Positions 1-8,316 of a stretch of 64,000 nucleotides of DNA are shown piece after piece. A program made the position numbers and the translations under genes. The notes beneath the pieces were generated by a model that was given only the letters and a program-made list of their open reading frames with translations, searched no databases and was not told where the DNA came from. The stretch is from positions 96 through 64,095 of the forward strand of contig JALEGN010000017.1 in the NCBI GenBank assembly GCA_022763365.1, in the 5' to 3' direction. Numbering within the stretch: the first letter of the stretch is position 1; every line of letters begins with the position of its first letter. Origin of the DNA: Minisyncoccota bacterium. Its GTDB lineage: Bacteria; Patescibacteriota; Minisyncoccia; Phycocordibacterales; UBA1006.

Positions 1-1517
1 CATCAGCTGATAATGACTCGCTTGCTGAAGGTGACAAAAAAGCTGAAGTTGCTGAAATCGAATTACAAGTAGATGAAGCTGATGTGACCCTTGAACGTTT
101 TGACCTTATCATCAACTACATTGGAGATGAATCTTCAGATGAAGATGATGCATGGAAGGTATTTAATAAAGCACACGTGATGGTAAATGGAGATACTGTT
201 TCAACCGTAAGTCTTAACAACAAACGATCATGGTCTGACCAAAACGTTGGTGGTGACTATGGATCTGCAGGATTTGATAAAAAAGAAAATCGATTCCGTA
301 TTTCAGGAATTAATGAAGTTCTTAAGAAAAATAAAAGACACACCATTACTGTAGCTCTTGATGTTGCAAACTCAATAAAACTAGGAAGTGATGATCAATC
401 AGAATGGGTCTTCGCACTTGATAAGCAATCAATGCGGTTTCGAGATAGTTCAGGATTTACTCATTTCATCACCGAAGGTTCTGGAACTGCTGGGGAATAC
501 GTAACATTCGTTATTGAGCAAGAAGGTACTCAAGACGAACTTACTATTCGAAATAGTTCAGAGCAAGATACCAAATCAATTATTCAAGTTGAAGATGATA
601 AGCGGTCATCATTTGAAACTATTCTCGATTTTGATGTAGAAGCAGGTGAGGACTCATCAGATATCGAAGCTGATACCATCTTCGTTGCTGTTGAAACTGC
701 TGGTGCTAACGTATCTCAAGTAATTAATGATCTTGAATTGCGTATTGGAAGCAATCGATATACCAAGTGGTCATTTGCGAACAAAAATCATGGTGGAATT
801 GATTACAATGCTAACAGTACCCAAGCTCTTATCGAGTTTGATGTGAAAGGACGAGATCTTCTTTTTGAAAATGACAAGAAAACGAAGGTATCTATTGTTG
901 CTGAATTTAAGTCAGCAAATGGAACAAATTACGAACAAGGAGTAACGATTACCACATCTATTCCAGCAACTATCGTAGATATTTGGGAAATGGAAGGTGC
1001 TGATGATCTTGAAGCTGGTCAATTAAAAGGATCAGTAACAGGAAATCAATACGTACTCCTTACTGAAGGAATTAACGCTGTAGTTACCTCAACTTACCGA
1101 AAACTACAAAGTGTTTCAGGAGACAATAACGATATTGCCGAATTTGAAGTACAAATGGATATTACCGCATTTAAACAAAATGCATTCATATCAGAAAACG
1201 TTGCTACTGCTATCGCATACTCAATTATTGATGCAAGCACAGGAGAAGTAGTATTTGATTCACGTGGAGATCAAACAGGAACAATGGTAGCCTCAATCTC
1301 AAGTAATGCACGTGAGACAAATGGTTACTATCAATTTGATCAAGGAAAAACAAGAAACCTTACTTTATCAGCAAGCTACAAGCCTGGAATGTCCGGGTCA
1401 TACCGACTACGTATTGATAGCATTGAATTTAGCTCAGTTACCTCACTACCAAACACGACCTTTATTGCGACACCTGCTTCAGACTTTAGAACTGGCAACG
1501 TAAATATTATTAACTAA
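1..1517 (+). CDS. Large hypothetical secreted/surface protein, 5' partial. The reading frame is open to the window edge and the GTG at 84 is only the track start.
   Basis: The ORF is uninterrupted from position 3. There is no recognisable catalytic motif. A terminator and pilin-module copy A follow. Confidence 0.4.
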   Translation, partial: SADNDSLAEGDKKAEVAEIELQVDEADVTLERFDLIINYIGDESSDEDDAWKVFNKAHVMVNGDTVSTVSLNNKRSWSDQNVGGDYGSAGFDKKENRFRISGINEVLKKNKRHTITVALDVANSIKLGSDDQSEWVFALDKQSMRFRDSSGFTHFITEGSGTAGEYVTFVIEQEGTQDELTIRNSSEQDTKSIIQVEDDKRSSFETILDFDVEAGEDSSDIEADTIFVAVETAGANVSQVINDLELRIGSNRYTKWSFANKNHGGIDYNANSTQALIEFDVKGRDLLFENDKKTKVSIVAEFKSANGTNYEQGVTITTSIPATIVDIWEMEGADDLEAGQLKGSVTGNQYVLLTEGINAVVTSTYRKLQSVSGDNNDIAEFEVQMDITAFKQNAFISENVATAIAYSIIDASTGEVVFDSRGDQTGTMVASISSNARETNGYYQFDQGKTRNLTLSASYKPGMSGSYRLRIDSIEFSSVTSLPNTTFIATPASDFRTGNVNIIN

Positions 1518-1557
1518 CTTTTTTGAAAAAACTGATTATTTCAGTTTTTCTTTTACA

Positions 1558-1636
1558 AAAGTTCGAACATCATCCCAGTCTGCCAGCTAGCAAAAAGCCA
1601 CTCTAGAAATAGGGTGGTTTTTGGTATACTACAACT
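1558..1636 (+). repeat. Conserved intergenic module, copy A: 28-nt box GTTCGAACATCATCCCAGTCTGCCAGC, a hairpin (AACCACTCT-N6-AGGGTGGTT with flanking A/T runs), then TGGTATACT -10 and 6 nt to the ATG.
   Basis: Direct sequence comparison with the seven other copies. Confidence 0.85.
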
Positions 1637-2227
1637 ATGAAATTTCTAAAAAACAAAAGAGGATTTACTTTGATAGAATTACTTGTAGTTATTTCAATTA
1701 TTGGTGTTCTTTCTACTATTGTTTTAAGTTCTCTAGGTGAAAGTCGTGATAGAGCAAGATATGCAAAAGTTAAGGCGTCTTTAAGACAATTACAAACACA
1801 AGCTGAAATATATTCTTTAACTTATGGTGATTATTCTTCAGTGCAAAATAACTATGTTTGCCCAACATCAGCGTCATCAAGTCCAACAAATTTATTTCAA
1901 TCGGATGAAATATTTCAAATAATTACAGATATCGCAAATACCTTAAATATTTCCGATACAACCGAAACTGAAGAAATTTCTTGTTATACCAGCCCGAGCG
2001 GAAATGAGTATATATTTAGAGTTATGGCTAACGACTTACGTTCTTCAGAAGGTGATTTCGATTTTAGCGGAAACGTGTGGTTTACTCTTTGTGTTGATAT
2101 TTCTGGAGAAATTAAAAGGGGGCTTGGCGGCGGTGCTGATGAAATGCAGACAGGTTCAAGTGAAAATACAGAGTTTGGAGAAGTTACTCCTCCGTACCAT
2201 TGTTTTCCAGATGGTGCTGAAATTTAA
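1637..2227 (+). CDS. Type IV pilin-like protein with a prepilin N-terminal cleavage/methylation domain.
   Basis: N-terminus [26 protein letters not shown] (G-F-T-L-I-E class III signal) with a variable C-terminal domain. Confidence 0.8.
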   Translation: MKFLKNKRGFTLIELLVVISIIGVLSTIVLSSLGESRDRARYAKVKASLRQLQTQAEIYSLTYGDYSSVQNNYVCPTSASSSPTNLFQSDEIFQIITDIANTLNISDTTETEEISCYTSPSGNEYIFRVMANDLRSSEGDFDFSGNVWFTLCVDISGEIKRGLGGGADEMQTGSSENTEFGEVTPPYHCFPDGAEI

Positions 2228-2229
2228 TA

Positions 2230-2308
2230 AAAGTTCGAACATCATCCCAGTCTGCCAGCAGATAAAAAACCACTCTAGAAATAGGGTGGTTTTTGGTATA
2301 CTACATTT
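2230..2308 (+). repeat. Conserved intergenic module, copy B.
   Basis: Near-identical to copies A and G; the -10 is at 2297–2302 and the ATG at 2309. Confidence 0.85.
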
Positions 2309-2992
2309 ATGAAATTTAAATCTAAAGGATTCACACTTATTGAGCTTCTTGTTGTCGTTTCAATTATTGGAGTATTATCGGCAGTTATTCTTACTTCTTT
2401 ATCTAATGCGCGACAGAATGCAAAAGATGCAGCGTTGATACGTCAAGAACTATCAATATTTTCTGGAAATGGTAGTTCGGTTATTGCTAGTTATGATTTC
2501 AACAATTACGAAGAGGGGGTTTCACCAACTCAAATATCCTCAACCGGAGGTTTTGGCCAAGACTTAGCTATTGTAGGCAATCCAGAAATTCAAGAAGGTA
2601 TTGCGGGTAATGCGCTTTATTTTGATGGAAATGACAGTGTTACAGTTACGGGTGTTACAAATATAAGAGCGATATCAGCAATGTTTAAGGTGACAAGAAA
2701 TGATTTTTCACGTTACTATATTGATGCTCGTCCAGCACTTAGTTCTGGATATATCTATAGTGGAGTAGGATCAGCATGGGATAGATTATACATTAATGGT
2801 GAGCTTGTAAATTCATCAACAACAAGTACTTTTATACCTGAGAATCAGTGGTTTCATCTTATGGCAATAAGAGATACTCCATTTAGTGGACCTGTTGTTT
2901 TCATGAGCCGTTTTACTAATTCTAATTTTCATATAGGACATTTAGATAATGTAAGAATTTATGAAGAAGTTCCTACTGGATATGATTCTTAA
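2309..2992 (+). CDS. Type IV pilin-like N-terminus fused to a LamG/concanavalin-like (LamG_3-type) C-terminal domain.
   Basis: [24 protein letters not shown], followed by GNALYFDGNDSVTVTGV … NQWFHLMAIRD, which are typical LamG jelly-roll motifs. Confidence 0.65.
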   Translation: MKFKSKGFTLIELLVVVSIIGVLSAVILTSLSNARQNAKDAALIRQELSIFSGNGSSVIASYDFNNYEEGVSPTQISSTGGFGQDLAIVGNPEIQEGIAGNALYFDGNDSVTVTGVTNIRAISAMFKVTRNDFSRYYIDARPALSSGYIYSGVGSAWDRLYINGELVNSSTTSTFIPENQWFHLMAIRDTPFSGPVVFMSRFTNSNFHIGHLDNVRIYEEVPTGYDS

Positions 2993-3036
2993 ATATTTTA
3001 AGTATCATTCGTTAATGATCACAAGAGAGATTAAAT

Positions 3037-3114
3037 AAGTTCGAACATCATCCAGTCTGCCAGCAGATAAAAAACCACTCCAGAAATAGGATGGTTTTTT
3101 GATATACTAAAAGT
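3037..3114 (+). repeat. Conserved intergenic module, copy C, with a weakened hairpin.
   Basis: Box at 3039–3066; the -10 TATACT is at 3103–3108 and the ATG at 3115. Confidence 0.8.
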
Positions 3115-3702
3115 ATGAATTTTAAAAAAGGATTTACATTGATTGAATTACTCGTTGTTATTGCTGTAATCGGTATATTAGCTACTGTAATAATTGCTAG
3201 CTTAGGTTCAGCGAGAACTAAAGCAAAAGATTCTGCGGTCATGAATACTTTATCAAATTATCGAAATCAAGCCGAGTTAGATTATCCTGATGGAGATTAC
3301 TCAGGACTTTGCCTTTCGTTAGGATCTAGTGATTTTCAATCTTATGTTGAATCTCAAGGTGGTGAAGTTAGTTCTTGTGATGATGGGTTAGATAATTATA
3401 GAATAGTTGCAATATTACCTAGTGCTTTAGTAAAAAATAATTTTGTAGAAACAGCATATGCAATGAATGAAGATGGTTTTTGTATAAATTCACTAGGTAC
3501 AGCTGAAAAAGTAATGGTAGAAGATATTGATTCCTTAGTTGCACCTGCATGCAATACTAGTGAATCCACAGGTGCTACACCAAGTTATCAGCGAAGGTGT
3601 AATGATTATACCCCGGAGTGGACTGGTTGTTATGATACTGCAAATAGTGTTTATGTATCAGCTAGTTTTTGTGATGGGCTACCTAGTATTTCTTGTAGAT
3701 AG
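3115..3702 (+). CDS. Type IV pilin-like protein.
   Basis: [24 protein letters not shown] with a Cys-rich variable C-terminus. Confidence 0.8.
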   Translation: MNFKKGFTLIELLVVIAVIGILATVIIASLGSARTKAKDSAVMNTLSNYRNQAELDYPDGDYSGLCLSLGSSDFQSYVESQGGEVSSCDDGLDNYRIVAILPSALVKNNFVETAYAMNEDGFCINSLGTAEKVMVEDIDSLVAPACNTSESTGATPSYQRRCNDYTPEWTGCYDTANSVYVSASFCDGLPSISCR

Positions 3703-3777
3703 TTCGAACATCATCCCAAACCGCCAGCAGATAAAAAACCACTCTAGAAATAGCGTGGTTTTTGGTATACTAAATTT
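3700..3777 (+). repeat. Conserved intergenic module, copy D. It overlaps the TAG stop of the upstream pilin gene.
   Basis: gttcgaac at 3702–3709; the -10 is at 3766–3771 and the ATG at 3778. Confidence 0.8.
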
Positions 3778-4134
3778 ATGAAATGGTTATCATTCAAAAA
3801 AATAACTTTTGTATTTCTTGTCTTAACTTTGTTAAGTAATGTTTTTGCCACAAATGTACAAACATTTGATACCAGTGCAGAACAATGTGAATTAGAGAAT
3901 CTATATACAAACCCTTGTGCCATTGCTTATATTGGAGATGTTGCTGTTGAAATTGAACAAGATACCGATATCACAAGTATCCATATTGACATAGCAGCTA
4001 TTGATTTTGAATTCATATCTCTTATTCAGGAAAATATTACTCCACAAAAAACTGATTTTTCCCAGTACTACGCTACAGATCTAAGTCCACCTACATTTAT
4101 ACAACTCCCTCGCAGTCATATAGTAATTTCATAA
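3778..4134 (+). CDS. Small secreted hypothetical protein with a classical signal peptide. It is non-pilin cargo behind the same module.
   Basis: MKWLSFKKITFVFLVLTLLSNVFA signal peptide and no pilin motif. Confidence 0.5.
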   Translation: MKWLSFKKITFVFLVLTLLSNVFATNVQTFDTSAEQCELENLYTNPCAIAYIGDVAVEIEQDTDITSIHIDIAAIDFEFISLIQENITPQKTDFSQYYATDLSPPTFIQLPRSHIVIS

Positions 4135-4172
4135 TTTAATTATCCATTTTATTACTTAATTAAATTATTACT

Positions 4173-4790
4173 ATGAAAAAAAATATTATATATATTATCT
4201 CAGCAGTTATTAGCCTCTTTGTTTCAGTAACGGTTATTGGTTTGTATCACTTTATGCAACAACAAGACTCTCAATTGCAAACTCATTATTATCGTAGCGA
4301 AGTCGCAACACTAGAGTCACCGCATGGCATTAGAAAAGCTATACAACAACGAAAAGATGACTTTATTCTTGTTGATGTTCGCTCCGCACAGGAATATGAA
4401 CAAGAACATATTATTGGAGCCGTAAATGTGCCTGTGTATCGAGACCCTGACACTTCTGCCTATGATGAGGAAGAACGTATTATCATGGAATTTCGCGATG
4501 TGATCAATAAAAATCCAGACAAAAAAGTTATCATTTATTGTTACAGTACTTCATGTATGTCAGGTAGAAAAATTGGAAATATGCTCGCTGATAATGGAAT
4601 TTTTGTTAAAGAGCTTGGTATTGGTTGGAATGAATGGCGATATGATTGGAATATGTGGAACTACCCTCATGAGTGGGAAACAACAAATGTCGAAGACTAT
4701 ATCTACTCAGGTAAGGAACCTGGAGTATACACTAAGTTAGATGATATTGGTGAAGCTGGGTGCTCACTAAGTAAATCATTTGAATGCTAG
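4173..4790 (+). CDS. Membrane-anchored rhodanese-domain protein.
   Basis: N-terminal TM segment, rhodanese fold motifs (ILVDVRSAQEYEQEHIIGAVNVP) and an active-site Cys loop (CYSTSCMSGR). Confidence 0.6.
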   Translation: MKKNIIYIISAVISLFVSVTVIGLYHFMQQQDSQLQTHYYRSEVATLESPHGIRKAIQQRKDDFILVDVRSAQEYEQEHIIGAVNVPVYRDPDTSAYDEEERIIMEFRDVINKNPDKKVIIYCYSTSCMSGRKIGNMLADNGIFVKELGIGWNEWRYDWNMWNYPHEWETTNVEDYIYSGKEPGVYTKLDDIGEAGCSLSKSFEC

Positions 4791-5163
4791 TATGATTCTC
4801 TCAGATATTCAAAAAGAATTCATATTGAATGCTGAATCAAAAGCCCTAGGAACATACGGAGACAATATTCATGTTATCCCTGTATCAACAATTTTTATTA
4901 ATAATGAGCAAATTATTCTTTGTAATTATTTCATGAAAAATACTATTGATAATATTCTCCAGAATCCAAATGTAAGTTTGAGTTGTTGGTCGCAAACACA
5001 AGGGATTCAGATTAAAGGCATTGTTACATACCAAGAAACGGGAGATGTATTTTCTTGGATTCAGAATATTATTTCTCAAAAATATCCTCATAGAATTCTC
5101 AAGGGTGTTCTCGTTATTAATCCCAGTGACGTATATGATACCTCACTTCCACAATTATTATGA
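4780..5163 (+). CDS. PNPOx-like / FMN-binding split-barrel family protein.
   Basis: Overall pattern similar to the pyridoxamine 5'-phosphate oxidase-like family. Translationally coupled to its neighbours. Confidence 0.3.
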   Translation: MNASMILSDIQKEFILNAESKALGTYGDNIHVIPVSTIFINNEQIILCNYFMKNTIDNILQNPNVSLSCWSQTQGIQIKGIVTYQETGDVFSWIQNIISQKYPHRILKGVLVINPSDVYDTSLPQLL

Positions 5164-5624
5164 AAAAATATATTATCATCTCTCTACTTTTTGGGTTTGC
5201 TCTTGGGTATGTCACATTTATCACTCTTGATGCTTATTCAAATAAAAATCATACGGTAGCAATACAACATAGTCCGCATGCTATGCACCTACACGAACCT
5301 GTACCTGTGTTATCTGAAAATATCCCATCAATTTCAGCAAATATTTTTCCAGACCATAAGTCTGGATACAATATCAATCTCGTTACTGAGCATTTTGAAT
5401 TTACTCCAGAATTAGCAAATATGGAAAACGTTCAAAATCAAGGTCATGCACATATTTATGTGAATAATGAAAAGGTGGCACGAGTTTATGGCTCATGGTA
5501 TCACCTTGATAATCATTATTTAGTTGATGGTTCAAATACAATCCGTATCAGTCTTAATGCTAATGATCATTCAGTTTGGTCAATTAATAATAATCCTATC
5601 GAAGTGAGCTATTTGCTCGATTAA
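5160..5624 (+). CDS. Hypothetical exported protein.
   Basis: N-terminal hydrophobic segment; the start overlaps the stop of the upstream gene (ATGA). Confidence 0.4.
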   Translation: MKKYIIISLLFGFALGYVTFITLDAYSNKNHTVAIQHSPHAMHLHEPVPVLSENIPSISANIFPDHKSGYNINLVTEHFEFTPELANMENVQNQGHAHIYVNNEKVARVYGSWYHLDNHYLVDGSNTIRISLNANDHSVWSINNNPIEVSYLLD

Positions 5625-5628
5625 ATCT

Positions 5629-6621
5629 ATGAAAAAATTATTTATTTTACTTATTGGAGTCTTTTCAATACCGCATACTACACTAGCTCATGTACGTTAC
5701 ATAGCTACTGAAGCAGAGCAAGCCGCATTATCTCAAATCGATTTTGCCTTGTTGTTATCACCACTGAAAGAACCTAAATATATTGTTATGATTATTGCGA
5801 CTTTAATATTGGTTGCTATTGTGTATTGGTTTTGTGACCATAATAAATATATTCATAGGTGGACTGAACACATGGCACATGTAGGGGAATCATATAAACA
5901 ATTTATTCCGTGGATTACACGATTATCATTAGGAATTATTTTAATTGGCGGAGCAACAAATGAGTTCCTCATTTCTCCGGTCCTTGAAACACCTTTCGTT
6001 TGGATGAATATTTTACAATTAATTATTGGGTTCTTCCTGATGGCAGGTTTTATGACTGGAATTTCAGCAATAGTTGCTTTAATTTTATTTATATATGCGC
6101 TGACTCAAGATATGTATTTGATTGGTTCATTCGATATTTTAGGATTAATTCTCTCACTTTTTGCTCTTGATAGTAGGCGTCCTGGGGTAGATGATATCGT
6201 TGGTATCCCTGATTATTTACACATTAAAAAACTACGGAAATACCTTCCTACGATATTACGTATGGGGATTGGTATCGGAATGGCATATCTAGCAATTGTT
6301 GAGAAAATACTTACTCCAGAGCTTGCAGCTATGGTTGCTGAAACAACAGGTCTCGTTGATGTTATTCCTGTCTCCGCAATGATGTGGGCTTTCTCAGCAG
6401 GAGTTATTGAGTTTGTTGTCGGTATTATGTTGTTTATTGGTTTTAGGACACGGTTAGCAGCTGTCGCAGCCCTCATTATTTTATCAATGTCATTCTTCTA
6501 TTTTGGTGAAGATGTAACCTCACACGTGACACTCTTTGGAACTTTATCTGCTGTATTTATTCTTGGTGTTGGTAAATTGGGTGTTGATAGTCCTCATCCA
6601 AAAATTCAAGATTCTCTATAA
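5629..6621 (+). CDS. Integral membrane protein of unknown function.
   Basis: Signal peptide plus multiple hydrophobic helices. Confidence 0.4.
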   Translation: MKKLFILLIGVFSIPHTTLAHVRYIATEAEQAALSQIDFALLLSPLKEPKYIVMIIATLILVAIVYWFCDHNKYIHRWTEHMAHVGESYKQFIPWITRLSLGIILIGGATNEFLISPVLETPFVWMNILQLIIGFFLMAGFMTGISAIVALILFIYALTQDMYLIGSFDILGLILSLFALDSRRPGVDDIVGIPDYLHIKKLRKYLPTILRMGIGIGMAYLAIVEKILTPELAAMVAETTGLVDVIPVSAMMWAFSAGVIEFVVGIMLFIGFRTRLAAVAALIILSMSFFYFGEDVTSHVTLFGTLSAVFILGVGKLGVDSPHPKIQDSL

Positions 6622-6719
6622 AAATTTGAACATCATCCTAGTCTCCCAGCAATGATAAAATCACCTTATTCTTTAAGGTGATTTTTGGTTCGAGAATCCT
6701 AGTTTGGTATAATTACCTT
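6622..6719 (+). repeat. Conserved intergenic module, copy E. This variant has the box TTTGAACATCATCCTAGTCTCCCAGCA and a hairpin rebuilt as AATCACCTT-N6-AAGGTGATT. It also has an 18-nt insertion and a TATAAT -10.
   Basis: Compensatory changes preserve a 9-bp stem; the -10 is at 6708–6713 and the ATG at 6720. Confidence 0.75.
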
Positions 6720-7013
6720 ATGAAAGAATACATAAAATACCTTAAAGATAATCCAAAAGGCTATTGGTTTAAAAGAAAACTATATGGCTGGGGTTGGACA
6801 CCTGCTACATGGCAAGGGTGGCTGGTAACTCTCATGTACATTCTTTTAGTACTCTTTTTCGCACTCACGATTAGTGAGGATTCTGCAGCACGCGAGATAG
6901 TATTTACTTTTATTCTACCAGTAGTGCTACTTACTATAACCTTCTTTAGAATTGCTTATTCTAAAGGAGAAAAACCAAAGTGGATGTGGGGAATACCTAA
7001 GAATGGTGAGTAA
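6720..7013 (+). CDS. Small membrane protein. The track ORF at 6678 uses an alternative upstream start, whereas the ATG at 6720 is the one the promoter module predicts.
   Basis: MKEYIKYLKDNPKGYWF… with two hydrophobic helices. The 6-nt spacing from the -10 matches the other cassettes. Confidence 0.5.
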   Translation: MKEYIKYLKDNPKGYWFKRKLYGWGWTPATWQGWLVTLMYILLVLFFALTISEDSAAREIVFTFILPVVLLTITFFRIAYSKGEKPKWMWGIPKNGE

Positions 7014-7025
7014 AATAAGTTCGAA

Positions 7026-7095
7026 CATTATCTCAGTCTGCCAGCATCTAAAAAAATCACCTTAGAAATAGGGTGGTTTTTGGTATACTAACTCT
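7026..7095 (+). repeat. Conserved intergenic module, copy F.
   Basis: gttcgaac at 7029–7036; the -10 is at 7084–7089 and the ATG at 7096. Confidence 0.8.
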
Positions 7096-7644
7096 ATGAA
7101 ATTTCTTAAAAAAGAAAAAGGATTTACACTCATTGAATTACTTGTAGTAGTTTCAATTATCGGTGTTCTTTCTACTATAGTTTTAAGTTCGTTGGGTGAA
7201 GCTAGGAAAAAGAGTAGATATTCTTCTTTTAAACTTGAACTCCGTCAATTACAAAATGACTTACTCATTTTTGGTACTGAATCAACTAATATATCTGGTT
7301 CAAACGAAGATGAATGTCCGTCGAACTTTAATAGTAATCCTCAAACAATTTTTGAGAGAGAAGAAGTTTTCAATAAAGTTTCTTTGATCGCAGATAAATC
7401 AGGAATTATTAATATGCAGGACGAATCTGAAATGTCATGTTTTGTAGATGCAGCCGGTGTTGCCGCTGGAATAGTTTTTTATGCTAATGATTTTGCAGAA
7501 TATGAAGTAAGCCCTCAGCCTGGAGAAGAAATGTTTTATTGTATTGATATGAATGGAAATATAAATAAAGGATGGGGTAGTTCAGCTGATGATTTTTTTG
7601 ATACTTTTACATATGAATGTGCTGAAGATGACTATGTTGCTTAG
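7096..7644 (+). CDS. Type IV pilin-like protein.
   Basis: [26 protein letters not shown]. The N-terminal coding DNA is ~88% identical to the gene at 1637. Confidence 0.8.
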   Translation: MKFLKKEKGFTLIELLVVVSIIGVLSTIVLSSLGEARKKSRYSSFKLELRQLQNDLLIFGTESTNISGSNEDECPSNFNSNPQTIFEREEVFNKVSLIADKSGIINMQDESEMSCFVDAAGVAAGIVFYANDFAEYEVSPQPGEEMFYCIDMNGNINKGWGSSADDFFDTFTYECAEDDYVA

Positions 7645-7649
7645 AAATA

Positions 7650-7728
7650 AAAGTTCGAACATCATCCCAGTCTGCCAGCATCTAAAAAACTACTCTAGAA
7701 ATAGGGTGCTTTTTGGTATACTACATTA
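7650..7728 (+). repeat. Conserved intergenic module, copy G.
   Basis: gttcgaac at 7653–7660; the -10 is at 7717–7722 and the ATG at 7729. Confidence 0.85.
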
Positions 7729-8241
7729 ATGAGAATAAAAACTAAAAAAGGATTTACGCTAATCGAATTACTTGTGGTTGTTGCTATTATAGGAGTGTTA
7801 GCAAGTATTGTTTTGAGTTCTTTAAATGAAGCAAGAACTAAAGCACGAGATGCTCGAAGAAAATCAGATATAGATCAAATACGAAAAGCAATGATATCAT
7901 TTGCTATTGATAATAACCTTCCTTTTAATTTACAAAATAGCGGTTGTGGTGCAGGTTCAGGTGGTGATGCTATAGGTTGGTACGATGCTGATTACGGAGC
8001 ATCTGGAGGTTCTATTCAAGACTGTCTTGTTAATGGAGGATATATTAGTGAAGAGGTTAATGACCCACTTCGTAATGTTTCAACAGTTGGAACTGATTCT
8101 AATAGATATATGATGTATCCATGCAATGGTAATTTAATTTTGATGGCTAATCTTAAATCTGAACCTAGCCCAGCTCCCGATGCTATCTGTGGCGGATACG
8201 ACACTGCATATGGAATGGATTATTTTGTTGAAATAAGATAA
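7729..8241 (+). CDS. Type IV pilin-like protein.
   Basis: [26 protein letters not shown]. Confidence 0.8.
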   Translation: MRIKTKKGFTLIELLVVVAIIGVLASIVLSSLNEARTKARDARRKSDIDQIRKAMISFAIDNNLPFNLQNSGCGAGSGGDAIGWYDADYGASGGSIQDCLVNGGYISEEVNDPLRNVSTVGTDSNRYMMYPCNGNLILMANLKSEPSPAPDAICGGYDTAYGMDYFVEIR

Positions 8242-8271
8242 TTAAGAGCACTATTTCGGCTTATAATTCAG

Positions 8272-8316
8272 AAAAAACCACTCTAGGAATAGGGTGGTTT
8301 TTGATATACTTTGTAC
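8272..8316 (+). repeat. Partial module, copy H: hairpin plus TGATATACT -10 only; the 28-nt box is absent.
   Basis: aaaaaaccactctaggaatagggtggttttt, then TATACT at 8305–8310 and the ATG at 8317. Confidence 0.7.

Noticed and set aside
1561-1588. A sigma-54 (-24/-12) promoter within the conserved 28-nt box.
   Set aside because: TGCCAGCA and its reverse complement do not give a GG-N10-GC arrangement matching TGGCAC-N5-TTGCW.
2004-2312. A 102-aa ORF, and a similar 80-aa ORF at 3539–3781, both ending …NIIP(V/N)(C/R)QQIKNHSRN(R/S)VVFGIL(H/N)L.
   Set aside because: They are out-of-frame readings through pilin C-termini and the conserved intergenic module. The shared C-terminal peptide is just the repeat DNA translated, so neither is a gene.
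1558-8316. The regularly spaced intergenic repeats resembling a CRISPR array or an integron cassette array.
   Set aside because: The intervening units are whole genes of 350–700 bp, not 30–40-bp spacers. The repeats contain promoters. No cas genes are present, and no attC core sites or intI gene.
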